From a virus, in IMG/VR virus record IMGVR_UViG_3300027143_000001, positions 32,001 to 96,000 of that record: 64,000 nucleotides of DNA. The stretch is one strand, 5' to 3'. Of this stretch, positions 40,601 through 49,659 are shown piece by piece; position 1 is the stretch's first letter, and every line of letters starts with the position of its first letter. Below the pieces are notes generated by a model that did not search any database, was not told where the DNA came from, and saw only the letters and a program-made list of their open reading frames with translations. A program made the translations under genes and the position numbers.

Positions 40601-41404
40601 ATACAATCTGTGAGTTTTATACTCTACAGTCCCTGGAGTCTTGTACGTGTCTTCGCCATACCTAAGTCTTTCCAATAAAACCTCAAGATTCTGTCCTACA
40701 TTGCTTAAGCCAGGGTCTTTGACATGCGCCATTTCTGCAATAAGATTGGATATAAACTCCTCACGAGGCTCTTTACCAACTCCAATTTCATTAAAAAAAG
40801 AGTTGTAATGAGCTCTGTTTTCTTGGTCTGCAAATGCGCCATCAAAGTTAATTTTATCAACACCTTTACCTCTGTTTACCAACTTAGCAAGCTCAGGATA
40901 AACATTAAGAAGGTCTACATACATTTTTGCATTGGGATGAGACATATCAATGTTTACAGGATCTGTATCTTTTCTGGTGTTGTACCTGTCACTATTCCAC
41001 ATAAACTCTTGTTCACCCGCTGCTCTAGCTTTGGCAAATGCTTCATCTCTAGTGGGATATTGAGAGTAGTCATCTAGTCCCCAGTTCTTAGGATTTAACG
41101 CTGCCCCTACAGTTTTAAGCATGCCTGGTTTTTTAATAGCCCTGGTTTTAATTTCTAAGCCAGGCATTGAGGTGCCGGATTCCCATATGTTATCCTGCAC
41201 ATCAAACAGTGCTAAGTCTTGAGGAGGAACAACATGCTCTCCTTGTTCATTAACATAATATCTTTGGTCTTTGAACCTTGGGTCCAGGAATACACTCTCC
41301 CCTGTGGGAAGTTTATACTCTCTCCACCCATTCTCTCTAGGACCTCCTGTTACATACTTGCGCAAGTTTCTTTTGCCAAAGTGTGAATTGTAATCATTAT
41401 TCAT
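37610..41404 (-). CDS. Modular cargo polyprotein (1264 aa): PG-binding-like, zincin-like and DUF5872-C-like modules
   Basis: EAFAKARAAGEQEFMW module; IQNFLGVEADGYFGEQT (PG_binding_1-like); AHETGH...SPKELHS zincin; C-terminal GLDRWFAEKWVDVKTGKPCGR...YPACRPSKRVS. Confidence 0.6.
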   Translation of the reverse strand: MNNDYNSHFGKRNLRKYVTGGPRENGWREYKLPTGESVFLDPRFKDQRYYVNEQGEHVVPPQDLALFDVQDNIWESGTSMPGLEIKTRAIKKPGMLKTVGAALNPKNWGLDDYSQYPTRDEAFAKARAAGEQEFMWNSDRYNTRKDTDPVNIDMSHPNAKMYVDLLNVYPELAKLVNRGKGVDKINFDGAFADQENRAHYNSFFNEIGVGKEPREEFISNLIAEMAHVKDPGLSNVGQNLEVLLERLRYGEDTYKTPGTVEYKTHRLYEPGIAMTSYYHLTPEKIKNIQNFLGVEADGYFGEQTFKAMHDKYKDDPEMKRTMDHYRHMNPDDLDEYPIRDHGTTGHTYAELLHRDMGKKDKNSPFGWWFTFHEVQRDGGVTYSNSKLQKFVKGGPRRKSVDAPVTNYDAMNNADQRAEYEAGWKAYTQGAQQWSDMLNREEQRRGRELTVEEKEAFIEKYVKPAEGQRKFNYDRANDRRFDFLFDSGYTSWDTKNNAPVFTYRKPVEVMSDRGQYAGDMDKFAKEWMGKEDTGFARAVGFDAYSDKRSKKRAYDYARTKVAEQILAQNPQGDRNRQEWLKTFTPEQLSIIGESQARYNLNPDMGTQFRQGMANLFGIDYNDEDLSPEEAKNASRLGVFAPLGYTSNLVRGAFSGDMANAVSGRSTKPMTYGSLESYVQPGSTQALEELILAGSDPLNLVGAGIIDDATRAGNIGRMVNASQDVAQMSQAAAPASASIFGNLPSKFRSFAYDASVWQPKGDGKLAKFVREKKTPAVNEHLYGLGQGLAEVVEGERPFFEIFPMTKSQKQKVWAKQDAALKEGEDFVKQWIYGPDGEIRGQVVDRATALDPATVNRFRLTFDTNSSVMDSNNILNTNPSRLVSSRSSDLAADSKIVDTAKDYITENRGKILGVNNNDYNITLRNQGFYHVDPKGVAATSAHETGHTFQRFGDPVFPWSSAITNYDSTITPYFFANTSTPTGKMFADAMVEPKLWRDDVGYQQIRQRLIDLGDEKNAKLQQLNDDVAAGKVSTNDHYDFAIQIVDEYDDKIKKIEDVELPLYRKANKDKVKTWAASPKELHSELMVARMNLAKRYAQESGISMEQAIQALQNPSDDMVDYMIKDQYLNRFFKGNTSIEDKRKLIRMLPAAIPAVGAGMMMDEQESTPEGFAFGGALSKFVGGGEHGGLDRWFAEKWVDVKTGKPCGRQEGEKRKGYPACRPSKRVSDDTPKTSSELSASEKEKFKRTKTSSQRIPYQHRRKEDGGQI

Positions 41405-41422
41405 GAACGGCAGCGTTAACAG

Positions 41423-43576
41423 TTATAAACCTTTGATAAATTTTTGAAGGATAGCGTTCTCATAAGACTGACCGCCGTTACGTTTAATTTCCATAGTACC
41501 TGTAGTGGGGTAGTGCTGAAACATGTTAGCAAAAGTACGCACGTTTCTTACGTACTCGTTGTTTGTGTTATTTGGATTCTGCACAATAGCTTCCTCAGGA
41601 CTGATACCCTCATCAATTGCCTTAATAACAGTTTTCTTATCACCTCTTCTCAGACGACCAGGCATGCTGTACAGATAAGGTAAGAAGTCTAAGTAATTGC
41701 TTTCATCAAGCGCAGCAGTCTCACCCTTGGCAGCCAGCTTTCTCAACTGCGGTAGGTTCTGTGCGTTTGCAATCATAGCTGCTACAAATGCTTTCTCAGG
41801 ATCAGTGTCAACACTCTCAGGTGTAATTCCGTAAAGCTTCATATCTGCATCACTCAAGTTCTTAAGCTTCACTTGCGTTAGCCCTCTACTGTACTCTGTC
41901 TTAGGATTAATGTTATTGCCTTTGGCAAGACCATTTGACATCCATCTTGCTATAAGATTTTGAGTACTCGCTGCTGTACTACGGCCAAAATCAGATTCAG
42001 AAAATCCTCCAGCCTTGGTTCCAAATCCAGTCTCCTGTCCATAGATTCCAAACGTGTTGGACACAATACCGTTATACTCACGATTTGAAATGTTGTAGCG
42101 CTTCATGAACTCTTTCTTAAAATTCTCATCGTTCACTTTGTTCAGAATCTGATTAAAACCTGCCTTCTCAGACAGCGCTTTATAATCTACATCATATGCC
42201 GTTTGAACTTTAAGATCTTTGTCTACAAACGGCATATCAAAACTGCGCGTTGTCAAGAGTCTTGACGCTTCCTGAAATCCAGGATCCGTATTCTGCATCA
42301 TAGTTGGCGTACTTACACCAACGGTCTCGCCATTCATAGTAATCCAGTTCTTACCTTTTTCTGCAAACATGCCTGGTGAATATGTTTGCCAGCGACTCTC
42401 AGCACCTTTAGAACGGGTAAAGAACTGTGGGTCTTGCTTCTTTATCTTTTGGTCCAGCCAGTTGCGCAACTTTGTATTTTTGTTGTCATTACCAAAATCG
42501 CGTGTGATTAACTGAATGTGTTCATTAGATGCAGGTGCCATAATAGGATCACCATTGTCATCTGTAAGATACCGCCAAATCGTATCATCAGGGTTATCTG
42601 AATCGGGATCATCAATCCATTCCCCTGATGCGTCTAAATGTTTGTCTGAAGAAGGATTAACTGTATACTCTTGTTCAAACATTGTACCCGTTCCACCATT
42701 CATAAAAAGAGTAAAACTGATTGTACCGTCTGAGTTTTTGAAAATAGAACCAGGTTTTACCAATCCTGCATGATGGGGATGACCTTGATCAAACGCAAAC
42801 TGTACAATGTCACCACCTTTAATATCATTAGTATCATAGTTCAGTTTCCAGTTGGGCACTTCACCAGCTTTTACAGCATCTTGAAATGCGGAATTTGAAT
42901 AGTAGTGAAGGTCTTCACCGACATTAGCATCATTAATTGTATAACATACGCCTGATATACAATACATTGGTGATCCATAACCGTTTGGGTCATTGTAAGC
43001 AGCTTGCTTAACACTCTCAGGCATGTAGTCTGTATTTGCAACCTCAAAATTTTGTGCACCTAGCCTATTAATTGCGTTTAATATACCCTGCTCATAATCG
43101 TACCTTGGACCCTTGTTGATGTTATCCTGTGTAAGGTTTCTGCGATTTACCAAGTCTTGGTCTACCCACTGTGTTCCAGGAGCTGGTTGCGCGTCAATAC
43201 CGTAGCGGTCTGCGTCGGCAGGTATTTGAACAATAGGTCTTGCCGCCTCAGCCTTAACGGGTCCTTCAGCTTCTAACCCACCTTGTGCTTTAGGTAAAAA
43301 TTTATACAGACCACCATAACGCATCTCATACTCATCTACGTATTGTGCACCAGGAAAATGGACATTGGTCTCATCATAAGGCTGTAGCTCTGCCTGAATA
43401 CCGTTATCACTCACAGCCTTGATGCGATGAGGTGTAGGGTTATACAAAGTGTCGCTAGGAATCCTATAATTAGTTCCAGGAGCAGGTGCTCCATTTAAGA
43501 ATCCTTGGTTGCTAACAACAGGAGTAGTCTTTTGTCTCTGCTCCTGTATGAATCTTAGTAGTACTTCTTTTTTCAT
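41423..43576 (-). CDS. Virion-associated peptidoglycan hydrolase: CHAP/NlpC-P60-like plus lysozyme-like domain (717 aa)
   Basis: YCISGV...GGDIVQF...HHAGLV (Cys/His dyad) and GIYGQETGFG...SRGLTQVK (transglycosylase-type E...GLxQ). Confidence 0.6.
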   Translation of the reverse strand: MKKEVLLRFIQEQRQKTTPVVSNQGFLNGAPAPGTNYRIPSDTLYNPTPHRIKAVSDNGIQAELQPYDETNVHFPGAQYVDEYEMRYGGLYKFLPKAQGGLEAEGPVKAEAARPIVQIPADADRYGIDAQPAPGTQWVDQDLVNRRNLTQDNINKGPRYDYEQGILNAINRLGAQNFEVANTDYMPESVKQAAYNDPNGYGSPMYCISGVCYTINDANVGEDLHYYSNSAFQDAVKAGEVPNWKLNYDTNDIKGGDIVQFAFDQGHPHHAGLVKPGSIFKNSDGTISFTLFMNGGTGTMFEQEYTVNPSSDKHLDASGEWIDDPDSDNPDDTIWRYLTDDNGDPIMAPASNEHIQLITRDFGNDNKNTKLRNWLDQKIKKQDPQFFTRSKGAESRWQTYSPGMFAEKGKNWITMNGETVGVSTPTMMQNTDPGFQEASRLLTTRSFDMPFVDKDLKVQTAYDVDYKALSEKAGFNQILNKVNDENFKKEFMKRYNISNREYNGIVSNTFGIYGQETGFGTKAGGFSESDFGRSTAASTQNLIARWMSNGLAKGNNINPKTEYSRGLTQVKLKNLSDADMKLYGITPESVDTDPEKAFVAAMIANAQNLPQLRKLAAKGETAALDESNYLDFLPYLYSMPGRLRRGDKKTVIKAIDEGISPEEAIVQNPNNTNNEYVRNVRTFANMFQHYPTTGTMEIKRNGGQSYENAILQKFIKGL

Positions 43577-46500
43577 CGTGGACTATTCAAATGCTTGGTT
43601 AAACCTACTTTCAAGATCATCTTCTTATCTGTAGAAGCAGTCTTACGCAAGATGACTCTGTTACCATAGTGACGGAACTTCTTACGCTGAAGAGCAGGCT
43701 TGTCATAATTAATATACTGAGGATTTACTGTACGTTGGTAACCATTACAATTGGTAATCCACATTGGTGTCTGGTCAAAGCTAAATTCACCGCGGTCGTT
43801 AGTGTTGTCCCAGAACTGATTGAAGCGATACTTGTTCTCTTCCTTAGCCACCATGATCTGCATGTTGTACTGTGTAATCACGGGTTGCGCCACCAATGCA
43901 AACGGATCATTCTTAGGCTTGGTGTTCAGCTTTAGAATACCTGAATGCTGTTCTGAATTATAGATGATTGCGGTATCAAAGTTCTCATCCAACACGTGGT
44001 TGTAATCAACACCATTGTTATAATATTTGTACGCCTCCATCCAGTACTCCACACTTCTAAGGGTTGTTACACCGGTGGTGTTGACTACAGGAAACTCAAT
44101 CTCCCATCCTTTTTGCTCACCATAGTACTCAGTAAACAGGTCCCACTTAGTGTTGTGTTTCCAGATACCAGAACCCTTCACTGTAAAGAAATGCTCATAT
44201 GCGGGCATGTTCAGGTCTGGTGCCCAGCTGTGAAAACTGATCCACTGCTTGCTCTTTGGGTCATAAGACACCGTCCAATTACAAGGCTCAAAACAGTTAG
44301 GGTCATCAAACTTACAGGGGCATGTTTTGTTAATTGGATCGCGCGGGCGAGGTGTAAGAGTTACAGTACATGTACTTGTACTACCCTTTCCATCATCCAG
44401 TAGCAATGTGTATATAACCTGGTCTCCCACAGGAACTACCACTGCGCTTCCATCTACGGGTACTGAAAATGATTCTACAAGGTTCAATGATACGTAGTTT
44501 ACCTCAAGCGTTGCGTTCACAGCGCTTATAGTTGTCCAATATAACAGTACTTGTTCTCCTTCTGTAAACACGTTAGTGTTTGCTTCAAAATTACACCCTA
44601 TGCCTGGAATGCATACTGATGCCGAAACAGCATCTACAACAGATTGCACAGAGGCAGGGCTTGACGCATTTACTGCATATTGATAAGATCCTATTCCGTT
44701 GGTAGGTCCGTTAAAACATGATATTTTTCCCAAAGTTTCTTCTACGTTTGCTGGAACTGACGCAGTTGGTCCTGCATAAATTCCATATACAAACTGGTTG
44801 TCAGGACCCGATGCTGAACCACCCAGTGTAGCAGACTGAAGAAAGCACAAATCGTCAGAAAGACCTGACTGCTGAGCAGTAGATTGGCTATCCGTTATGA
44901 CTAATAATATTTGCCTAAAGGCAGAACTGGCAGAGCGGTCTCCAAGCTGAGAAGAAGTTTTGTTATTCAAAACATCCCTTCCCTCCAAAGCGCCATTTCT
45001 AATGTGTGTTCCATTACAATACCAGTTATCAATAAGCCATGTTTCAACTTCGGCACCTGTAATGGTATTACTCATAGAAAATCCATTAGGTGTCATGGAG
45101 ACCTGATCGTTTTGACCCGACCAGGATACAATACCTACCTGGATGTTACCTTCCTGCATAGACTGAAGAATCGCAGGGGATTCCAAAAACTGCCTTATAA
45201 AAGATATCTCAGCTAATGCAACTGAACCAACGGGGATGTTAGAAACACATCCTGTACTACCTGAACTGTCCACAGCAATCACAATGTCAATCAAGCAGGA
45301 TGCACTAGGTTGTGGTAGTCCTACAATGGCGTCAACCACAGGATCCACAGGAGTAATAGGCGGAGGTGGCGTCTGGCCACAGATATAGTAAGGCACACCG
45401 GTAGGACTGTCAAAGTACAAGTCACGGCGCTTAGGGATATAGTCCTTCTTAGAGAAATACAACAGTTCATACTGCTGATCATACATTGTCTGGCAACCAA
45501 TACCTGCTACAGGATTATCGTATAGTGGAAAGTCAGGATACGCTTCCAGTAACTTAGACGGCAGATGCTCATTGAACCAGAACTTCAGACCGTCACGGCT
45601 AATCTCTGTTACTCCTCCACCACCGTACTGCATAATTTTACCTGTCTTCTGAGACATAAAGAACAAACCAAATGGTGTGTTCACCGCAGAACGGGATGAT
45701 ATACATGATGCATAATCTAGGGCGTCGTCTGCATTGACAACGCTTTGCATATTCTGCTGGAACAATCCGCCATCTCCAATGGTGATTTTTACGTCACCTT
45801 TGGTCTGCAATGTATCAACACCAACAAATTGTACAGGTTCAGCATCCTCAAACAGGATAACTGCTCCCTGTGCATTCAGACTTTTGATAGTTGATATCTT
45901 GCCACTAAAGTCTTTATAATTCAACGGGAGGTAGTTCCTCCAGTTGTCTCGCTTCATTCCTGAACGCTGTGGTAAACTATAGACAGCCCTGTTTGGGAAA
46001 TACTCAAAACATGAGGAATACAAAGCGGGGTCATAGTCCCGTGGTAGGACAGATCCCCAGCTTGCAGTGTTGTTGAAGAGTTTGCTGGCAGATAATGAAG
46101 TGTCGTATTTGGCATAGATTGGTGTTTTGATCATGTCTGTGCGGAACATGGTACTCAGGTCATTAAATGAGTTTCCATATACGTCATAGAACTTTTCACG
46201 GTCATCTTCTCCATAGTCACGGTAAGCCATGTTTAGCTCACTTTCACAGAAGAAATCACGTACCCCATTGTAAAACAGGTATGCCCAAACATTTCTCAAC
46301 AAGAAAGTGCCTGTATTATTACCTCTGTCAAAGCGGTGAAAATCAGATGGCGTGTTGAAGTTAATACCAGTTGGCTTATTGATGTCAATTCCAAGAAATG
46401 ATACTGTCTCTGTTTCTACGGTAACACCAAAATCAGTAACGTCGTACTTACTCAGGTTAGCCCAATAGCGAGGACAAGGTCCGTTGACATAAATACGATA

Positions 46501-49305
46501 GTCCATCTCTGCACCATCTGGCTCATTGAACATCCAGTTATTGAAAAAGTAGAATGGATTCTTTTCTGTAAAACGATTGATGTACACATCTCCACCAAAA
46601 ATTGTGTCTGTGGTAGTTGTTATGCTAATATCAGGCGTTGACGGATACACACAGGAATTTACAGGAATCTGTACAATACTTTCCAGCAATCCATACTGGT
46701 TCTGAAAGTCTAATTTAATAGCACCATAGTATGCGGTGGTATTACTGTTGAACGCACCAAAAGGAGTTTTGTGGTTTACTCCACCTCCTACATCGCGCAC
46801 GCGCTTACGTGAATTGTCTGTAGAGCTTTGAGGATCCGGAACATTGCTGGTAAGTTTGATACCTACAAACTTGTTGCGGTTATTGTTGTTAATGCGGTAT
46901 GTTGCGTCAAAATCCTGCAGGGCTCCGCCTACATATTTGGCACCATTATCTGATACCAGCCTGCTAAATGACGGAGCACTTGACCCTGTCGCGGAATTGG
47001 TGACATTGCTAAAGCTGTGATAGAAACCGTGGGAATTGTATTGCAACATGTAGTCGCGGTAACGACCCATGGCAAATATAGCTCTCAACACCTGGTCAAT
47101 GGCCATACTTCCAAAATAAGTCATCTGAGCAACCATTAAAGCTACGCCGGCTGCAGTTGCCGCAATAGAACCCTGAGCACCAGTACTGGCAGCCTGTAGA
47201 CCTGCTGTGGCAATTAAATCAGGTATAGCGGAAGCCTGACCAGACTCTTTTGCACCATACGCTACCACAAATCCACCAAGTGCGGCACCCACTTCATTAC
47301 CACCAGTTACAGTAGTACTGCCTAAACCAATAACTGCTGCAAGACCCAGACCTACAACAATGGCTGCACCAAATGCACCGTCTGTAAGCAATTTGTGTTT
47401 GGGATGCTTATGAGGGACCTGGAAACTACCAGTCACCGTGCCGCGTTCTTCTGTATAAATCTTGATATGGTTGCCACCCAGGTAAGGGCGAATGAACGCG
47501 GTCTCTGGAGAGTGGAATGAAAAGTAGTTCTTCTTGTATGTGCTTAGCTTGCTGGCGCTTTCCGCCTCTTCTGAACCACCTGTATCAAGCGCGGTAAAGT
47601 CAGGTGTCAAAAATGGATCAGGGCGCAAGTCATTGTAAGGATAGTTTTGATACAATCCTTTTCTGGTAGTGCTGCTTCCGGCCTGTGGAGTATACTCCCA
47701 CATGTTGTTGAACATCCCCTTAGCAACAATGGAACGGTTGCCCTCACGTGAACCTCTTAGGATCTCATAGCCCACAATGTCAGCAAGAGGATTGCCGTTT
47801 TCATCAACAGGATGGGATATGTTTGCAAACTCAACACCAAGCACGTATATCTTATCACCGCCTTGGCTGTGTATATGCATTGTCTCATTGGACGGCATTT
47901 TATGGTGACGTATGGGTTTGCCACAAAGGTCTCCCCATATTTCAGGTTTATCATCAGGATATGTGTTTACACTCTCCCAGTAACCCATTTTACCCTTGAA
48001 CACAACAGCTCCACCATCGCGAGTTTCCCCGACAGAAGGTGTCTTAGTTGATGTGTCATACACCTGCCAGCGTTTATTCTGACCAGCATAGACCACATCG
48101 CCTGAAGATATTATATCAACATCATTAGCATTTGAAGCCCTGCCTGGTATATGAAACGATGCACTGCGTGCCCCAGTCTGATATACCCAGCGAATGAAGA
48201 AGGAATACACCTCATCACGCATGTAACCCAGCGATGTACCTGCTCCCCAGTAGTAATCAGCTGCATATTCTGCAGCTACCCATTTAGTAGTAATCTGGTT
48301 AGCCAGGGGTTGATAGTTAAAGTATGGTTGAGTAGTTACGCCTGTACGAATGAGGTAATCTCCAACCTTGTGGATCTTGTCACTCTTTTCATAGACAACG
48401 TTTCTCAATGGTAATACGTTGATGGGAACGGTTTCAAGTGCAGAGCTGTAGTTGTCTAATGTTACCTTGTTCTGACGTATAGGAAAGTTGCCAATTTTTT
48501 TAGCAACCGGATTCTGCTTTGTCACAGATACAATTACCAACTCATATTCTTCAAAGCTCTGATCCAGGTTGGAAAGTTCAATATCCAAAGATCCACCCAA
48601 TCCTTCATGATCCCATAGACCTACAGGTGTGCTAGGCATTGAGTAGTCTGTAAGGCGTATGCCATTCTCAGAATAGGCAACACATGCCATGTAGCTCCCG
48701 TTATTGAGCTGACCTCCTCCAGGTGCACGTCTTACATTTACACATGGCTGGTCAACTATAGGGTGCAAACGAATAGCGTCGCAGTCAAGCTGCGTAGTAT
48801 ATTCAGGAATAAAGCAATCAGGATCTTCAGAAAGGTTGTTGCCTGTAGTCTTGTATGGAATTCTATCCACGTTGAGCATGCGGTCAGGGTTAAGACCGTC
48901 CTGGAAGTACACGCTATGGGTGCAGTCATAGTTCTCTTTGCAGACACCTGTGATCAGATTAGTTTGCTTAAAACCCAAGCAATTGTCATTGACCAGCATC
49001 TGGTAAGTTTCAAGTTGCTCATCAAATACACCAATCTCTGATTGATAGTTGTTGGTAGAAAATATCAGCCATTCGCGTCCTGACTTGTGTACAGCACCAA
49101 TGATTGTATAAGGCGCGTTAGATGCATTGTAGTTTGCAGGCTCATTAGAAACGGTACCCTGCTCACCAAGATGCGAATTGTTGATTGCGTTGATAGCATG
49201 TGTCCACGCCTGGTCATTCATGTAGATGTCAGCGACATCTTTATTCATGCCTTTTACAAACGAGTTCGCCTTGATTCCTGATGTATTGGGTGTAGTCTGT
49301 GCCAT
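43573..49305 (-). CDS. Muzzle / tail stabilisation protein with vWA and Ig-like insertion (1910 aa)
   Basis: N-terminal SFVKGMNKD, GYMRDEVYSF, GYEILRGSREGNRSIVAKG and C-terminal WTVSY...WISFHSW motifs typical of the crAss muzzle; follows the ring genes. Confidence 0.75.
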   Translation of the reverse strand: MAQTTPNTSGIKANSFVKGMNKDVADIYMNDQAWTHAINAINNSHLGEQGTVSNEPANYNASNAPYTIIGAVHKSGREWLIFSTNNYQSEIGVFDEQLETYQMLVNDNCLGFKQTNLITGVCKENYDCTHSVYFQDGLNPDRMLNVDRIPYKTTGNNLSEDPDCFIPEYTTQLDCDAIRLHPIVDQPCVNVRRAPGGGQLNNGSYMACVAYSENGIRLTDYSMPSTPVGLWDHEGLGGSLDIELSNLDQSFEEYELVIVSVTKQNPVAKKIGNFPIRQNKVTLDNYSSALETVPINVLPLRNVVYEKSDKIHKVGDYLIRTGVTTQPYFNYQPLANQITTKWVAAEYAADYYWGAGTSLGYMRDEVYSFFIRWVYQTGARSASFHIPGRASNANDVDIISSGDVVYAGQNKRWQVYDTSTKTPSVGETRDGGAVVFKGKMGYWESVNTYPDDKPEIWGDLCGKPIRHHKMPSNETMHIHSQGGDKIYVLGVEFANISHPVDENGNPLADIVGYEILRGSREGNRSIVAKGMFNNMWEYTPQAGSSTTRKGLYQNYPYNDLRPDPFLTPDFTALDTGGSEEAESASKLSTYKKNYFSFHSPETAFIRPYLGGNHIKIYTEERGTVTGSFQVPHKHPKHKLLTDGAFGAAIVVGLGLAAVIGLGSTTVTGGNEVGAALGGFVVAYGAKESGQASAIPDLIATAGLQAASTGAQGSIAATAAGVALMVAQMTYFGSMAIDQVLRAIFAMGRYRDYMLQYNSHGFYHSFSNVTNSATGSSAPSFSRLVSDNGAKYVGGALQDFDATYRINNNNRNKFVGIKLTSNVPDPQSSTDNSRKRVRDVGGGVNHKTPFGAFNSNTTAYYGAIKLDFQNQYGLLESIVQIPVNSCVYPSTPDISITTTTDTIFGGDVYINRFTEKNPFYFFNNWMFNEPDGAEMDYRIYVNGPCPRYWANLSKYDVTDFGVTVETETVSFLGIDINKPTGINFNTPSDFHRFDRGNNTGTFLLRNVWAYLFYNGVRDFFCESELNMAYRDYGEDDREKFYDVYGNSFNDLSTMFRTDMIKTPIYAKYDTSLSASKLFNNTASWGSVLPRDYDPALYSSCFEYFPNRAVYSLPQRSGMKRDNWRNYLPLNYKDFSGKISTIKSLNAQGAVILFEDAEPVQFVGVDTLQTKGDVKITIGDGGLFQQNMQSVVNADDALDYASCISSRSAVNTPFGLFFMSQKTGKIMQYGGGGVTEISRDGLKFWFNEHLPSKLLEAYPDFPLYDNPVAGIGCQTMYDQQYELLYFSKKDYIPKRRDLYFDSPTGVPYYICGQTPPPPITPVDPVVDAIVGLPQPSASCLIDIVIAVDSSGSTGCVSNIPVGSVALAEISFIRQFLESPAILQSMQEGNIQVGIVSWSGQNDQVSMTPNGFSMSNTITGAEVETWLIDNWYCNGTHIRNGALEGRDVLNNKTSSQLGDRSASSAFRQILLVITDSQSTAQQSGLSDDLCFLQSATLGGSASGPDNQFVYGIYAGPTASVPANVEETLGKISCFNGPTNGIGSYQYAVNASSPASVQSVVDAVSASVCIPGIGCNFEANTNVFTEGEQVLLYWTTISAVNATLEVNYVSLNLVESFSVPVDGSAVVVPVGDQVIYTLLLDDGKGSTSTCTVTLTPRPRDPINKTCPCKFDDPNCFEPCNWTVSYDPKSKQWISFHSWAPDLNMPAYEHFFTVKGSGIWKHNTKWDLFTEYYGEQKGWEIEFPVVNTTGVTTLRSVEYWMEAYKYYNNGVDYNHVLDENFDTAIIYNSEQHSGILKLNTKPKNDPFALVAQPVITQYNMQIMVAKEENKYRFNQFWDNTNDRGEFSFDQTPMWITNCNGYQRTVNPQYINYDKPALQRKKFRHYGNRVILRKTASTDKKMILKVGLTKHLNSPR

Positions 49306-49308
49306 TGG

Positions 49309-49659
49309 TTATCTGATCGCAAAGTTTTTCTTATTGAGTGCTTTATACACGTTCTCCGTCAGGTGACCATTCAGCCATGCCTGGGATTCTTCGTCTATAA
49401 TATCTATGTCTGTAGTGATGGCCATTGTCAGGTGAAAGATTTCATGAGCCAGCAGATTGTGCGTAAGCGAATCTTCTTTCAGTGCAATAATGTACTCTGA
49501 GTTGCCCCAGTTAAACACCACGCCATATGTATCCAACACATCCACATTAGCCTTTTTTTTCTTCATCACATGTTGCTGCAACTCTTCCATAGTAGAGGTT
49601 ACAATCAGGATCACCTTGCACTCATACAAAGGAACCTTGATAGTTGTCTTAGACATCAT
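49309..49659 (-). CDS. Small HExxH metallopeptidase-like protein (116 aa)
   Basis: LLAHEIFHL...DEESQAWL; overlaps the upstream gene by 11 nt. Confidence 0.55.
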   Translation of the reverse strand: MMSKTTIKVPLYECKVILIVTSTMEELQQHVMKKKKANVDVLDTYGVVFNWGNSEYIIALKEDSLTHNLLAHEIFHLTMAITTDIDIIDEESQAWLNGHLTENVYKALNKKNFAIR

